Below, one piece after another: positions 23,470-36,696 of a stretch of DNA of 64,000 bases. The translations under genes and the position numbers were made by a program. Under the pieces are notes generated by a model that saw only the letters and a program-made list of their open reading frames with translations, was not told the origin of the DNA and made no database searches. Source of the stretch: Octopus sinensis. Lineage: Eukaryota. Within the stretch, counting starts at the first letter, position 1, and each line of letters opens with the position of its first letter. The stretch is taken from positions 63,612,001 through 63,676,000 of the forward strand of contig NC_042997.1 of NCBI RefSeq assembly GCF_006345805.1, read 5' to 3'.

Positions 23470-23925
23470 TAGGGAGAGTTTACGAAAATAAACAAAAGAC
23501 GAAGACATGTGGTGTACAAAACAAACAGATATATCAGTATAACGCTCAGGAATAGAAAGGTTATTTTACATTTCGAGCCTACGCTCTTCTACAGAAAGGG
23601 ACACAGAAAAAACAAGGAGAGAAAGAGAGTAAGAGAAACGAGGGAAAGAGAGTAGGAGTGAAGAGCAGTAGCAGTGAAGAGAAGTAGGAGTGAAGAGTAG
23701 TAGGAGTCGGGGCAAAAGAGGAGAGTTGGGTGGGAAGAAGGAGGAGGGAGGGGGAGAGAGGAGAGAAGGCGAGTGAGGGAGCAGAGAGAAAGAGAGAAGA
23801 GAGAAAGAGAGTAAGAGAGAAGAGGGAAAGATAGTAAGGGTGAAAAGATGTAGGAATGAAGAGAAGTAAGAGTCGGGGAGGAGGTTAGATGAAGAGGGGA
23901 GCAGAGTTAAGCCCAAATGGCGTAA
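23470..23925 (-). mobile_element. 3'-end fragment of the same PLE family, convergent with 20490-22645
   Basis: On - strand starts GCCATTTGGGCTTAAC (cf. GCCATTTGGTCTCAAC at the ORF end), then a CT-rich tract, CTGTAGAAGAGCGTAGGCTCGAAATGTA (23567-94) and CTTCGTCTTTTGTTTATTTTC, all shared with 21960-22640. Confidence 0.85.
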
Positions 23926-23948
23926 TATATATACGTATATATATATAT

Positions 23949-24459
23949 AATTCTAGAATTATAAGCATAATTATAATTAGGGTTCAGCAAATTGCCTTAC
24001 CACATACCGAAATTTATAAATAGCAGTTAAATACTATTCCTCTACCATAAGATATCCCTCAGACAGAAATACTCTTAATTCACGCAGGTAAAGAGAAAAA
24101 ATAACGAATTCACCTGGCTTTGATCAACCACATACGCGTTTTTGGATTGAAGAGTTGTAATTTTTTTTTATTTTACTCACTTATTTCCGTCTTCAGTTTA
24201 GTATTTCAATTGTAAATTTGAGAGTATTAATAATTAAATTCGTATTCGACCAAGCGATATCGAATAGCTAATATCCAAAAACCAGCACTTCCGAATTTAT
24301 ACAGACGAGTGCGAACTCGCATTCTTCCCCAATCACCCACGTGTATTACGAGTAATCCTGCAGAAACTGCAGTTTACTATCAGGGAATGAATTATATTTT
24401 CAATAATAATAAAGGGTAAAATGAACCCTAATTATAATTATGCTTATAATTATAGAATT
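23949..24459. mobile_element. MITE-like element with 38-bp terminal inverted repeats
   Basis: AATTCTAGAATTATAAGCATAATTATAATTAGGGTTCA vs reverse complement of 24422-24459, 37/38 identical. Confidence 0.75.
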
Positions 24460-24561
24460 TTTGTATAAGGTCACCGATAATGGTTCTTTTAACATACCGA
24501 ACTACTTGCTAAAATTATTAATTATTAATTAATTAATTAATTTTACGTTTTATTATTATAG

Positions 24562-24625
<64 letters not shown>

Positions 24626-24951
24626 GCACACAGAGACACAAACACATATATATATATATGAAATACAAAATAGGATTCAATACATACGCGCGTTTCAAAG
24701 GACAATGTAAGAAAAAATATTATAACCGTAGTAATTATAATTACATTTATGCATTGTGGTTTTCATCAGTGTGAAGAAGTATTTTGTAAGGACACGAAAA
24801 TAAGGTTTAATAGAATGAAGTAAAATAAAATAAGATACAATAAAGGAGAATACAAGTGGTGTAATAGGAAAAAATCAGATATTTGCAAGCAAATTTTAAA
24901 AGGTGGAAAATAACTGTAATAATAATAATAGTAATAATAATAGTAAGAGAG

Positions 24952-25222
24952 ACGAAAAGCGGAAAAAGATAGACATATCATTGTGTATGCACGTCTATAT
25001 GTGCGGTAAACTATAACATTATAATAATGAAAAGCTAACTGGTATGTCCACCTGTTACGTTAAATTCTTATATACACACGCTCCCGTTTACCATACCTTG
25101 TCTCGACCTGTTAAGATTTTATTAAACATACCTGTTAGCTTTTCATTCTTATTATGTTATAGTTTACCGCACATATAGACGTGCATACACAATGATTTGT
25201 CTTTCTTTTTCAGCCTTTTGTC
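24952..25222. repeat. ~270-bp fold-back element with ~95-bp arms
   Basis: Perfect 43-bp core 24977-25019 / 25154-25196, imperfect extensions on both sides, ~78-bp spacer. Confidence 0.9.
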
Positions 25223-25266
25223 TGCCGTATTAGGCATGTTACTGATCAGGTGGTGAATATTCTCTT

Positions 25267-25319
25267 GTGGAATTTCTTGCTACGTGGAATTTCTTGCTAA
25301 GTGGAATTTCTTGCTAAGT
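25267..25319. repeat. 17-bp tandem repeat x3
   Basis: GTGGAATTTCTTGCTA(C/A) three times. Confidence 0.9.
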
Positions 25320-25498
25320 TTCATGTAATAATTTCCTATTACCTATTTGTATTCTCCCTTATTGTATCTTATTTTATATATTTATATATAATCAAAAAAC
25401 GATGTTTTATGGAGTGTCTATTTACTTCTAACATGTATACATATATATATACATATATATATATACATAAATATATATATATACATATATATATATAT

Positions 25499-25574
<76 letters not shown>

Positions 25575-27965
25575 GGGAGCATGTATGTAAACACACAGAC
25601 ATACACACATACGCACACACACTGAAGGTTCGCTTTTATATGGCTACATTTAAAATACTTTCATTTAAATTGTGAGCAAATGATATGCGTAAAACTATTA
25701 AAAGAAATAGACAACTTACGTAACTGATCTATTGATCATTTAACTATTAAAATATATGATGCTAATTGAACATACATACAACTGATTAAGGGCATATCTA
25801 TCAAAATCGATCAAATTCATATATTGGTTTGAATTAAAATTCGTGCAGCGATATATCATTTAAGAGTTATACAAATTATTAACAAAATGATAGGCAAGAA
25901 ATCAGATAAGCGGAAAATATTTGCATATATTCAATATAAGTATTTAAAGTTTCAGGGTTTCCGGTAAGGTGACTTTCCCCAAAAGTTATGGTAGAAGAGG
26001 AAATTGATCTCAAATTCCATGGCACCTGGCTTTTATTCATACTTTGTGTTTAAAACGAAACTGCTAAATGTAAGATCAAATATAGTAATTTCATTTGTGA
26101 AGTCATAATATATTGTTGACATATCTCTATTTTATTATATGCGCTCACGTTTATATGAAGCCTAACCAGATATAGAATACAACATTTAAGTTAATGGTGC
26201 GCAACCTCACTTACTGCATTCATTCATAATCTCGTGGAAATATTCCATCGCAGAACGTAGTGTCTGAAAATGAAGAACCTAAGATGTTCCAACAAAATTT
26301 CTTACAAATCCTGAATATCACTTGCTACGATAAATAATTATATTCTAGCTTTCAGAAGTGGTCCTGTATGTGTTATGCCATGTCTTATTTATCAACAGTG
26401 CTAGTAAGGTCATCTATTTTGCATTCGTGATATTTGAGTACCAAAGTATAACCTGTCTTTAGAGGGTCAAAGTGGTAAAATACAAAAAGTGTCAAGTTGT
26501 TTCGGGATCTTTGGCAGACATACTTATTCATCGTAAACTTGGCACACAATAATCGTAAACCAAAATACGTGTCTCATTAAGCATGAACAAAAGCATGAAC
26601 TTAGTCAATCACATGAAAAGTTCAGAAGTGAATAATTATCGACCATTCTCTCTCTCCCCCTCTCTTTCTCTCTCTCCCCCTCTCTTTCTCTCTCTTTCTC
26701 TCTCTCTCCCCCTCTCTTTTTCTCTCTTTCTCGCTCTCTTTCTCTCTTTCTCTCTCTCCCTCTCTCCTTCTTTCTATCTATCAATTTGTGTGTCTGTCTG
26801 TCTGTTTGTCTCTGTTTCTGTCTTTCTCTCTCTCTGTCTCTCTCTCTCTTTCTCTCTTTCTATTGATCTATCTTCCTATATATATACAGTATATGTGTAA
26901 GTATATACGTATGTATGTGTGTCTATGGTGTCAGTATGTATGTATGTATCTCGCTATGTCAAAATATTCAAAGAAAAGCATGAAATTATGAGACTGAAAC
27001 TTCGCGTAAATATATGGTCTGATGAAAGTAGTATCATACGTAATTCAGAAAATAAACATGGAAGCTCTTTCTTTGAAAGTCTTTTTTTCATAGACATGGG
27101 AATTTCATTTATGGGACAACCATTCACAACATATATCAGGTAGAGGTCAAAATATATATTTCACGTAGAATTCCTTTTAAAGACTATGATCGGATTTATA
27201 ATTTTTTTAATTTCTCGATATGGTTTTTCTGTTTAAAGGTATTTGGATTTGTTTATGTACAATAAAACAGAAGGAAATAGTAAAATTATTTTTGCTAAAA
27301 ACAAGAAAATTATTTTTGCTAATAACAAGAAATTTATTTTTTACAGTTTGTTTTTAAACGAAAGTCTTTTAATGTCATATATAAACCAATTTTGTAAGTT
27401 GATAATAAGATTAAAATAGTAAACTTTCTCGATGTCTTGCAGTCATCATAATTTTTTACACAAACGTAAGAAAGAGAGTGCTATTACAGACAAGATGTTG
27501 CAATAAACATGTCAAAAACAAAAAGAATACACACTTTTTCTCTGAAGTCATATGGTATTCCTTTAGTATGAATCGATGTCCGACTGCAAATATTGAATTA
27601 TAAATCTTATCGTAAAATAAAATGAAACTTTGGAACTTCATCGCTATTACTATATTAATACAGCAATATCAAAATATAATAAAGCTAATGTTGGCTTCCA
27701 CTATTGCAAATTTGAGCCATAAGTAACATACTACAAAAACAACATGAAAAAGCAAAAAGAAAACTCACAATGCTTGTGTATGGATTCATTCAATCGAGAA
27801 TGAATTTTCAGCGTTGTATGGATATATAATCTCCAAAAAAAGAATAATATAAATTTAAGAAAGGTGAACGAAACAAACGGAAAACTCTAGCTAGAAAGAA
27901 GGTTAGTAAAACACATTAGCACGCACACACACACACACACATACACACACACATACACTCACATA

Positions 27966-29002
27966 TGCAAGGTAGTATCAAAAAGCTCCCGGACATCTTT
28001 TTTGCAGCGCACCGATAGATGACAATACACGGTTGCGTGTGCAGTGAGAACTGACAGTGACCTTCTTGAGATAGTATGCCGAGTGACATACTTTTGTTTA
28101 CTTCGCAAATTGTTAAATTTGTGTTCTTGTGATCAAGATAACGCTATAGTCTTCTATTTGTCATGGGCAGGAAGGCGCAACAAAGAGCCAACATGAAACT
28201 TTGTGTTAAACTTGGGAAGTCAGTTACAGAGAAATTGAGTGTGCCAAGCCAAGCTTACGGCTGCGAAGCAATGGGTCGCGCGCAATGTTTCGAGTGTAAC
28301 AAGCACTTCAAAAACCGAGAGAAGTTCATGGAAGGTTATGAGTGACATGGTAGTCCTGCTACGAGCATCACCCCCAGACATGTGGAGAAAATTCACCTGC
28401 TTGTGCAAAGGGATCGTCGGAAGACAATCAATGCCTTTACTAATGTTGCTTGTATGTCGTATGGGTCCGCACAGACAATCATAACGTCTGAAATGAATAT
28501 GCGGCGTGTCTTTGCTAAGTTTGTCCCCTGTCTACAAACCACTGTGTATAAAGAACATCGCGTGGACGTCTGTCAAGATCTCAGTGAGCATGCTGCTTAT
28601 GACTCATCCTTCATGTTGAGAGAGCTGGGTCTACGGGTACAACACTGAGATGAAACAGCAGTCGCCAAAATGGAAGAACCCTGCATTTCCTCGACAGAAG
28701 AATGTACTACAGAGCTCCAGCTCACTCAAGACCATGCTATATTTTTTTGACATCCACGGTATTGTGCATCGTGAATTCGTCTCCCTGTGCCAGGCCGTCA
28801 ATCGAGAGTTGTACTCCAACGTTTTGAAGCTTTTGAGAGAGGACATTCGATGAAAACGATCGGATCTGTAGAGCGCAAAGAATTGGGTTCTTCACAACGA
28901 TAATACACCCTGTTAACGAGCTCTCGTCCCTCGTGTGTTCCTCGCCAAAATCAATATGGTATCGCTTCTGCACCCGCCCTATTCGCCAGATTTAGCACCT
29001 GG
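27966..29002 (+). mobile_element. Degenerate mariner transposon, 3'-truncated
   Basis: TIR-like start GCAAGGTAGTATCAAAAAGCTCCCGGAC; HTH QRANMKLCVKLGKS; AKFVPCL; FFDIHGIVHREFV; HNDNT; HPPYSPDLAP; several frameshifts. Confidence 0.9.
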
Positions 29003-29051
29003 TGAACACAGGTCAAGATTCCTACAGCTATTCAATGTAGCACATATACCT

Positions 29052-29104
<53 letters not shown>

Positions 29105-30214
29105 CACATGCATACACACATACGCTCACACACATCCACATGACAGAACAGAATCTTACGAACAGCAAAGTAAAAGTCAGTACATATTTATGTGTGCGTA
29201 ACTACGTGTGCGTTTTTTGTATTTATGTGTATGTCTGTATGTTTGTCTTAAGAATTATACAAAAAACATAGTAACCATAGAATCACAGACAGATGCCCAT
29301 CCATGTAGCAACAGTTAAACAATCATTTATAAAGACACTGGTGACAAAAACTACAAATTTGATTTTTTACTGAATTGTATTATGTTCTGGAAATTCACAA
29401 GAAACTTAAAATCATGAAGGTAGATATCTGGAATTTAATTCGGAACAGAATGTCGTTTAATTTTTCTTCTTAACTTAAATCACGCTGTAAAAAAAAATCC
29501 TATTCCTGTTTCACACTTTCAAAACGTTGACCAAACCAATGTTTGCGCCATATAAATGCCTGATTAGACTTTCTGTGATATAAGTCTGAATTATGAACTT
29601 ACTGCAACATAGTTCTTCAAAGATATTTTCTCTAACCATACTTTTTTGTTTTTTATGTAGTGCTAGAAATATTTTATTGCTGAAGATGATTACTTTATGT
29701 TCTCCAGAACACATTTTCTTCCGTGCTTAATGTTTCTTCTCAACTGCTTGGGATTGGTAAAATATGTAGAGCTCCAAGGTTGCTGTTTGGAGAAACCTGT
29801 ATCAAGGTGTCAGGAAATATACTTTGCTTATTTTTGCTGCTTCTCTATGTGAGTTTGGAGATAAATCGGCGACCTTTCGCCTGGATACATTTTGTCGACG
29901 TGAAAAGGGTGATATGCGAGAGTTCTAAAAACAATCATGTTTTCATGTTTTGCGCTATATGCAGATACATATATTAGACCTGATGGATAGTTGTATTTTA
30001 ACTGAATTACTAGAAAAAGTAAACATTAATATTGTCTACGCTGAGGAATATAAAATATAATTAAATTGACAAATGCTAAACTTTCAACTATTCACACTGC
30101 TAACTGCTTTTGAATTCCCTCGTCGGCATTGAAATCACTCATTCGACGACAGGGTGCGTCAGTGGGTCATTAATATGTAAACAAATATGTATGTGATGCT
30201 GTTTATGCTACTGT

Positions 30215-30410
30215 ATTGATTTCAAATTAGTGGGACAAGGCCACGAATTTCACAGGAATGATAAGTTAATTACATCAACCTCAATGTTTAGATTGTTCTC
30301 ATTTTATCGTCCCCGAAAACACAGAATGCAAAATGAACCTCGGCATAATTTTACCTCAGAACGTAAAGTCGGACAAAATGCAGCTAAGGATTCTGCCAGC
30401 TAGCCGCCTT
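30215..30410 (-). mobile_element. Diverged SINE, third family (same as 61152-61360)
   Basis: TTTCAAATT..GACAAGGCC..CCCCGAAA..GCAAAATGAACCTCGGCATAATTTTACCTCAGAACGTAAAG..CCGCCTT. Confidence 0.55.
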
Positions 30411-31599
30411 TTTCATGGTAATATATTAATTAATATCATATATGATTAATATATTGTATGAATGAACTATCATTTAATCTTGCATCTATGTGAACAAAAA
30501 GTTGTTTTACTAATAATGATATTAACTTGATAGCATCTATCTAAATTTTAAGTTCCATTTTCAAAATGAACGCAATTCTAATTAAAAAAAAATCCGTGTA
30601 TTATATTCTTCACGAGTTACAACTATCCTTATTGTGATACATTCGTACATCAGCCCAATTAGTGTTTCATGATGAGGTGGCCCAATCTTTGTTGCTATTA
30701 TATTTCAGTCTGATTTCATTCATATAGTTTCCATAACAGAAATATCTTACCAATGGATACGAAAATGTTCATAAGTCATGAAACCTTACATTCTAACTTT
30801 GTATTTCGATTATCCTACGCATTAATTGAGAAAGTAATAACTCTCAGAAATCATATATTATTCAGCAGCTGCGACGGTTCTATACTGAAATATCATCTTA
30901 AATTAAATATCAAAATATTAAAATCCCTTTGTTAATCTGCGGATAGCAATATCTATGAATGTTTCAAATTATTCATACTTGTAGGATAAGAATAATATGC
31001 CTAATTTACTGTAGTTTAATAGTTAATCTACATGAGATTTCATGAGATATGGATGTGTAAAATAGACAAGTCTAGTGTGATATTACGAAACGGCGTATGA
31101 ATTATGAATCATACAGTATCAGAACAGTAAATCTTTTGAGGAGTCGTAAGTTTTCATAGTCATAAACTGGGTTTTGTGATGCCTATTCAAAGTTATAGGA
31201 TATTGTATGACTGATTATAGTGTTGTTGGTAAATGTGCTTTCCTATATACTGCTTAAAGACATTCGTCATGTAGTATTGAAGTGTATAACTGCATGTATG
31301 CATACAAGACCAAGCGATCTATAATGACGTAAGAGTGCAAATATTCTGGCAAATGAATTTTTGATTTATTGTTTTACTTTATACTTTTATGTATTATGAA
31401 TAATTATCTATGAATAACTTACTTATACACGTAGTCTCTGCTCTGCTTCAATAAAACAAAACAACATTTTTTTTCGAAATTTCAGTTTCATAAGATTTGA
31501 AAAACTGATTCTTACTATTTTTAACCTGCTAAATTCAAATCTGAAAACGCCTATGTTCTACTTCCTCTACTTTTCAGGCAAATTTAAGTTTTGCATTAT

Positions 31600-32110
31600 A
31601 GCTGTTTGCGGTCAAATTAATTAGACGTTTGTTATTTAAAATGCTTCCAATACATAGTCTCTGCTCTCGCTGCTCTGTCGAAGAAGATGAAAACAAGTGT
31701 GTTTGATACATTGCTGATTCGTAGCTTGTATGTGACAAAGAATTTGTCAGATAGATGAATGGCACGTAAAGGACTGCGTGGTTTTCATTCTTGGCGGCAA
31801 TAGAAAACTTTCTCGGTAATAAAATGGTTGACAACTATGAAACTCCTGTAGCTAATATGTTGTCAGCTTTTCATAATTTGGGATGTAACATGAGTGTCAA
31901 ACTCCATTTCACGCACACTCATCTTGATAGATTACCTGAAAACCTAGGAGCAGTAAATGAAGGACAATGCGAGCGGTTACATCAGGACCTGAAGACCATG
32001 GAAGAGTTTTACCAAGGGATATGGAACAAACACATGGTGGCAGACTAGTGCCGTAGCCCTGAGATAGTTCACAAACCCAAAACTTGAAGCGAAAATTTCC
32101 TGCCCGAATA
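31600..32110 (+). mobile_element. Degenerate DNA-transposase C-terminal fragment (superfamily not assigned)
   Basis: LGCNMSVKLHFTHTHLDRLPENLGAVNEGQCERLHQDLKTMEEFYQGIW matches a widespread invertebrate transposase motif (LGCNMSLK.HFLHSHLD.FPENLG.VS.EQGERFHQD). Confidence 0.7.
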
Positions 32111-32479
32111 GACCACAATTGAGCTTTACATCCTCATAGTAACTAATTTCTTATTTATCAATAAGTTTTATTTACTATAACCTTCGCTTATTAGGGAAGA
32201 TATTTCCGATTGTGTTCTTCAATAAATTTATACTATGTTGCATTTTAAAACATCAGATATTTTTCCTGATAGACTGTGACGTCAATGTGATGAAGAAGAA
32301 ATTTTAAATACCTTGGTTTTGAAATACCTTGATTACAAAAAAAACTAGAGTATTTAGGAAATAATCAACTTCAGACCTGATACCTATCCACTCAAATTAG
32401 ACGATACCAAGTGTTGATATCAATGCAAACACACACATAGATACATATAAAGATAGATAAATAGTAAACTGTCCCGTCG

Positions 32480-32567
32480 TTAGAACACAATGCAATACCC
32501 GGTCTGGGAATCAAAAGCACGATCTCACAATCGTGAGTGCAACACCCTAACCACCAAGCCATGCACC

Positions 32568-32570
<3 letters not shown>
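32480..32570 (-). mobile_element. tRNA-derived SINE head (OR-like family)
   Basis: - strand GGTGCATGGCTTGGTGGTTAGGGTGTTGCACTCACGATTGTGAGATCGTGCTTTTGATTCCCAGACCGGG, with A box and degenerate B box. Confidence 0.7.
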
Positions 32571-32639
<69 letters not shown>

Positions 32640-33375
32640 TGTATGTATGTATGTATGTATGCATCAGGTAATTATTTTGAGTCTAATTCTAAGACTGTAT
32701 GGCCATAAATGTTTCAGATAGGCCATGTCACCATGTATCAGGTGTTCAAATCGCGAAAAAACAGAGTAAGCTGAATTGCGTTAAATCTAGACCTTACAGA
32801 GAAAAACTAACCTCAGATTGGATTTCAACATGCTCAAATGAGTTAAGAATAAGTGCTGGTATTAATGTAAGAAAAATTTTGTTTTCTATCTTTCTATTTA
32901 CCTCTGTTTCCATTAAATATTTTTAAAATTAGGATAATTAATTGCCTTTTTTAATAGTTCTGTAATCTTGCAAATTTATTAAGAAATAGTTTCAATTTGA
33001 ATTTCAAAATGGTCTTGTACTTAATTTGTACTCTATCATACTTTCTGATAACTATCAAGTTTTCAATGTAAAAGCTGTTTGCTTCGAAGTCCATAGACTC
33101 AGTTCCTAAAATCCAAGCACTCGCCTTTGGCATATAAAAAGTGTCATTGAAATTACATTAGAAATTTTACGAGCCGTATACCTTAGATATTTATCTGCCT
33201 GTTTGGAAATCATTTACATATATCAGAGAACTCTAATTTTGGTACATTAAACTCTAACGCCTACATACGACTATGCGTAACTTCAATTTTTCTAACAAAC
33301 TGCTCTTTTCTTGAAAAATAGAACACAGTTAACAATAACTGTTATTAGTGCTTCAGATTATTTAATGCAGTCAAG

Positions 33376-33440
<65 letters not shown>

Positions 33441-36382
33441 TATATATCAAGTCACTGATAAATAGGTTAGCGTTGTTAGGTTCAGAATCAAACATAATGG
33501 AGCAAATCTTTGATTCCAATTGTGATTTGAATGTGATTTAACTGCTATATCTACCTATACGAGTGACTGCATGAAATATCTTTCGTTGATCCATAACACA
33601 GACTTTGTGATAGGGCAGCTGTTGTTTGTTTTTAAAGTTCATGTTTTTCAAAGTAAGTCTACATATGATAAACAAAATTGCTAATCAACATAATTAACGG
33701 CTAGATGTAAGATATTCGTATCGTTTTTTAAAATATTGATGGATGAGATAAATTGGTTTAAAATGGTAAACATTTTTACCTCCTAAGAAGATGTAGCATA
33801 ATCAACATCCATTAAAAATGCGACTAAAGCACCATAACAGTAAGCCCGTTTCTAAATACACGTTATTGCAAGAAGGGTTTTCACATGATGGTACACCGAG
33901 GGACACGACAATTTATGGTACATACAAGTCGTATAATAGAAGCTTCGTCTTACGCGAAATAATACTCAATAAATTTTAAAATTATTTTTATTACATAGGC
34001 TGCGTCTGACATTAAATTGCAAAGTAATTAAAAACGATTTTGTCGTTACATTTAGTGTGATGTATCTCATAATAAAAATATAATTTAGTGTGGACTATAG
34101 CAATTAAAAAGATAAACCAAAATACTTTTATAAGTAGTTAGAATTAAAGCGCTAATGCGAAGAACAATCTATTCAGTCTTAATCACAGTTGATTTGAGAA
34201 AAACCGAGATAGGGTACACCAGAAATTCTAATCAGCTACTAAATATGGTAGTATATAGGTAATGTGAGGTCGTAGTTGTGCCCGTTTGAACTTTACTCCT
34301 GAATGTAAAAATTTCGGATAACTTTTAGTCTTAATATAACTTCTCAACGACGCAACGTGTACACAATAGATGCGAAGATGTGAGAAGCAATGTATAGAAT
34401 ATTTTTAGTTTTGAGTGTACACGCCACTCACTGATTACATATATAAAAATAATGGCTTTGAGAAGTTTTCCCAAAAGGCCTTGGGCATAAGCTACGTTTG
34501 GTTAATTGCAAGCTATCTAACACCCTCCTCTCTTTCATGCTATCCTTTCATTTTGGCTTGATTTTAAAATTAATGACTTTTTCTCATATCAAAATTATGA
34601 TTTCAATTAACTAGCTTCCTTTTTCGCTGCACTATATTTAATCATAATATCTTCCGTCAAACTATGTTCTTTTGCAATACACATCTAATATTCTTCATTG
34701 AACATTATATTAGTTACTGAAGACATATTAAGTCAAGTGCATGCTAAATTCATTTCGCATTCATGAGCTCTGAATTTTGATTTCACTCTCTATGCTGTAT
34801 GAGCAATGTTCGGGAGTGCGCGTGCATGTGTGTGTTTATATGTCTATATGTGCGAGCGCGTGCGTGTTTTAAATCGACACAATTTATTGGAACGAATTTC
34901 AATATATTATTATCCTCTCCGTTCCTAGACATACACTGTCGTATCAATATGGACAATTTTCTGTTTAGTACAATACTTTTGACTATGGTATATACCTCAT
35001 ATCTCTTAGAATATTTTGCGGAACTATTGAATAGATCTATACAAAAGGGAATACCGTCGAATGAATATTACCTATAATCTAAAACACAAACCTTTGCAAA
35101 CTCAGTGGCATGCTAAATCTACCTGCGATTAACTTTGAATTATTCGTGTCTCTAAATGGTCAAACACAAACACCCTAATTCAATGAACAGATTATTCGGT
35201 GTTAAAACTGGAAATTCATGACCATAAAATCTCATAGATATCCATTATATTAGTTACTAATCACAAGCTTCCTCTTTGACATATTTATTATATTATAGAA
35301 TGATTTCATTAAAGTAGAGTGGAGACATCGATGTCACTGAACAAAAATAACCTAATGAATTTGAATCCAACTTGTCACTCGTTTCTATCTCCTTTGCATT
35401 TCTTTGTTTATGACAAAAATGATTTCAGTACTCGAGAAAGCGCTGGGGTCGACGTAACCGACTAATAATAGACGAAATGGCTACTCTGCAAGAATGCAAT
35501 TCTGTAAACAAAACTAGAAACAAGGATGGAAAGGAAGGCCAATAATTTTCTACTGCCAATAGTTTTCAATGACTATATATACAGAAATCATTCTTACCAG
35601 ACAAAAATTAATTGCTACAAACTTGAAATCAACATTAAACCTTTGAACGTGTAACACCGGTTTATCGGTGACTGCCTTATTTTTCTCTATACCGTAGCGC
35701 CACTCAATACCGTAACCGGTGGAGTGCCAGGTATATGGTCAAGTAAGGTTCGGGAGGTCAGATCTCAAAGGGTTAATGGTCATTACTACGCCATTTCTGA
35801 AAACATAAATGTAATACAATCGCCCCCATTGTTAGTCACGCGATACCACTTCATTAGGAATCATTTTCTGTTTAGTATAATACTTTTTACTATCGTATAT
35901 ATCTCGTATCTCTTAAATTTCATCCCGGAACTATTCAGTTGATCAATACAGAAAGGATAATATTGAAGATCAAATAAGATACAATAAAATAAATGAATTT
36001 GTAAAGACAATAAATATAAAGATATTAAGATACCAGAATTGTTGTTATGAGTTAGCTAGAACAGGATGAGGATTATCCTTGACATTTTCAGACCGTTCCA
36101 GGCAGGTTATATTGATACTGGTATTGTTAAAACTGAACAAATGTAATTCAATTATTAAGCAATATACACGAGGGAGAAAGCAATCGTAGATGACTGAAGT
36201 TCTAGTAAGGAAGAACCCGGTACAAGGTTTTGTTTTTAAGTTTGCATGGTATCGGTGGAAAACAGAAATTAATACCTGTGTGTCTGTTAGAGTTGATGGA
36301 CTAGAATAAGTTGATAGCTGACTCATGAAACTAGATTATTTTTTATATTATGGATCAGGCTATCTCATAGGTATTCGATGTG

Positions 36383-36420
<38 letters not shown>

Positions 36421-36651
36421 TGTGTGTAGTACATGTCTATTTCAGTTTGACGTCTCGAGTTTTATGACAGTGCCTAATTCATTGAATCTTAGTAAATCTC
36501 ATGTTTGACACGGATTGGGTGTTTTTGCGTTGATTTGTTCGTTGTTTTCTCGTAACTAGAGTCATGTTCTTTGTTTCGGCATTACTTTAACTCTTTCTTT
36601 CCTTTTTACTTTCTTACTTTCCTTCTTTCTTTTTTCTGTCTGTCTTTCTTA

Positions 36652-36696
<45 letters not shown>

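Noticed and set aside
25267-25319. 17-bp x3 repeat (also 9098-9145, 18961-19023, 27289-27340) as a CRISPR-like array
   Set aside because: Head-to-tail duplications with no spacers, in eukaryotic DNA; ordinary slippage.
36045-36326. Minus-strand ORF vaguely like a PLE RT thumb (FSFNNTSINITCLE)
   Set aside because: Similarity limited to a few residues; no YxDD or flanking motifs.
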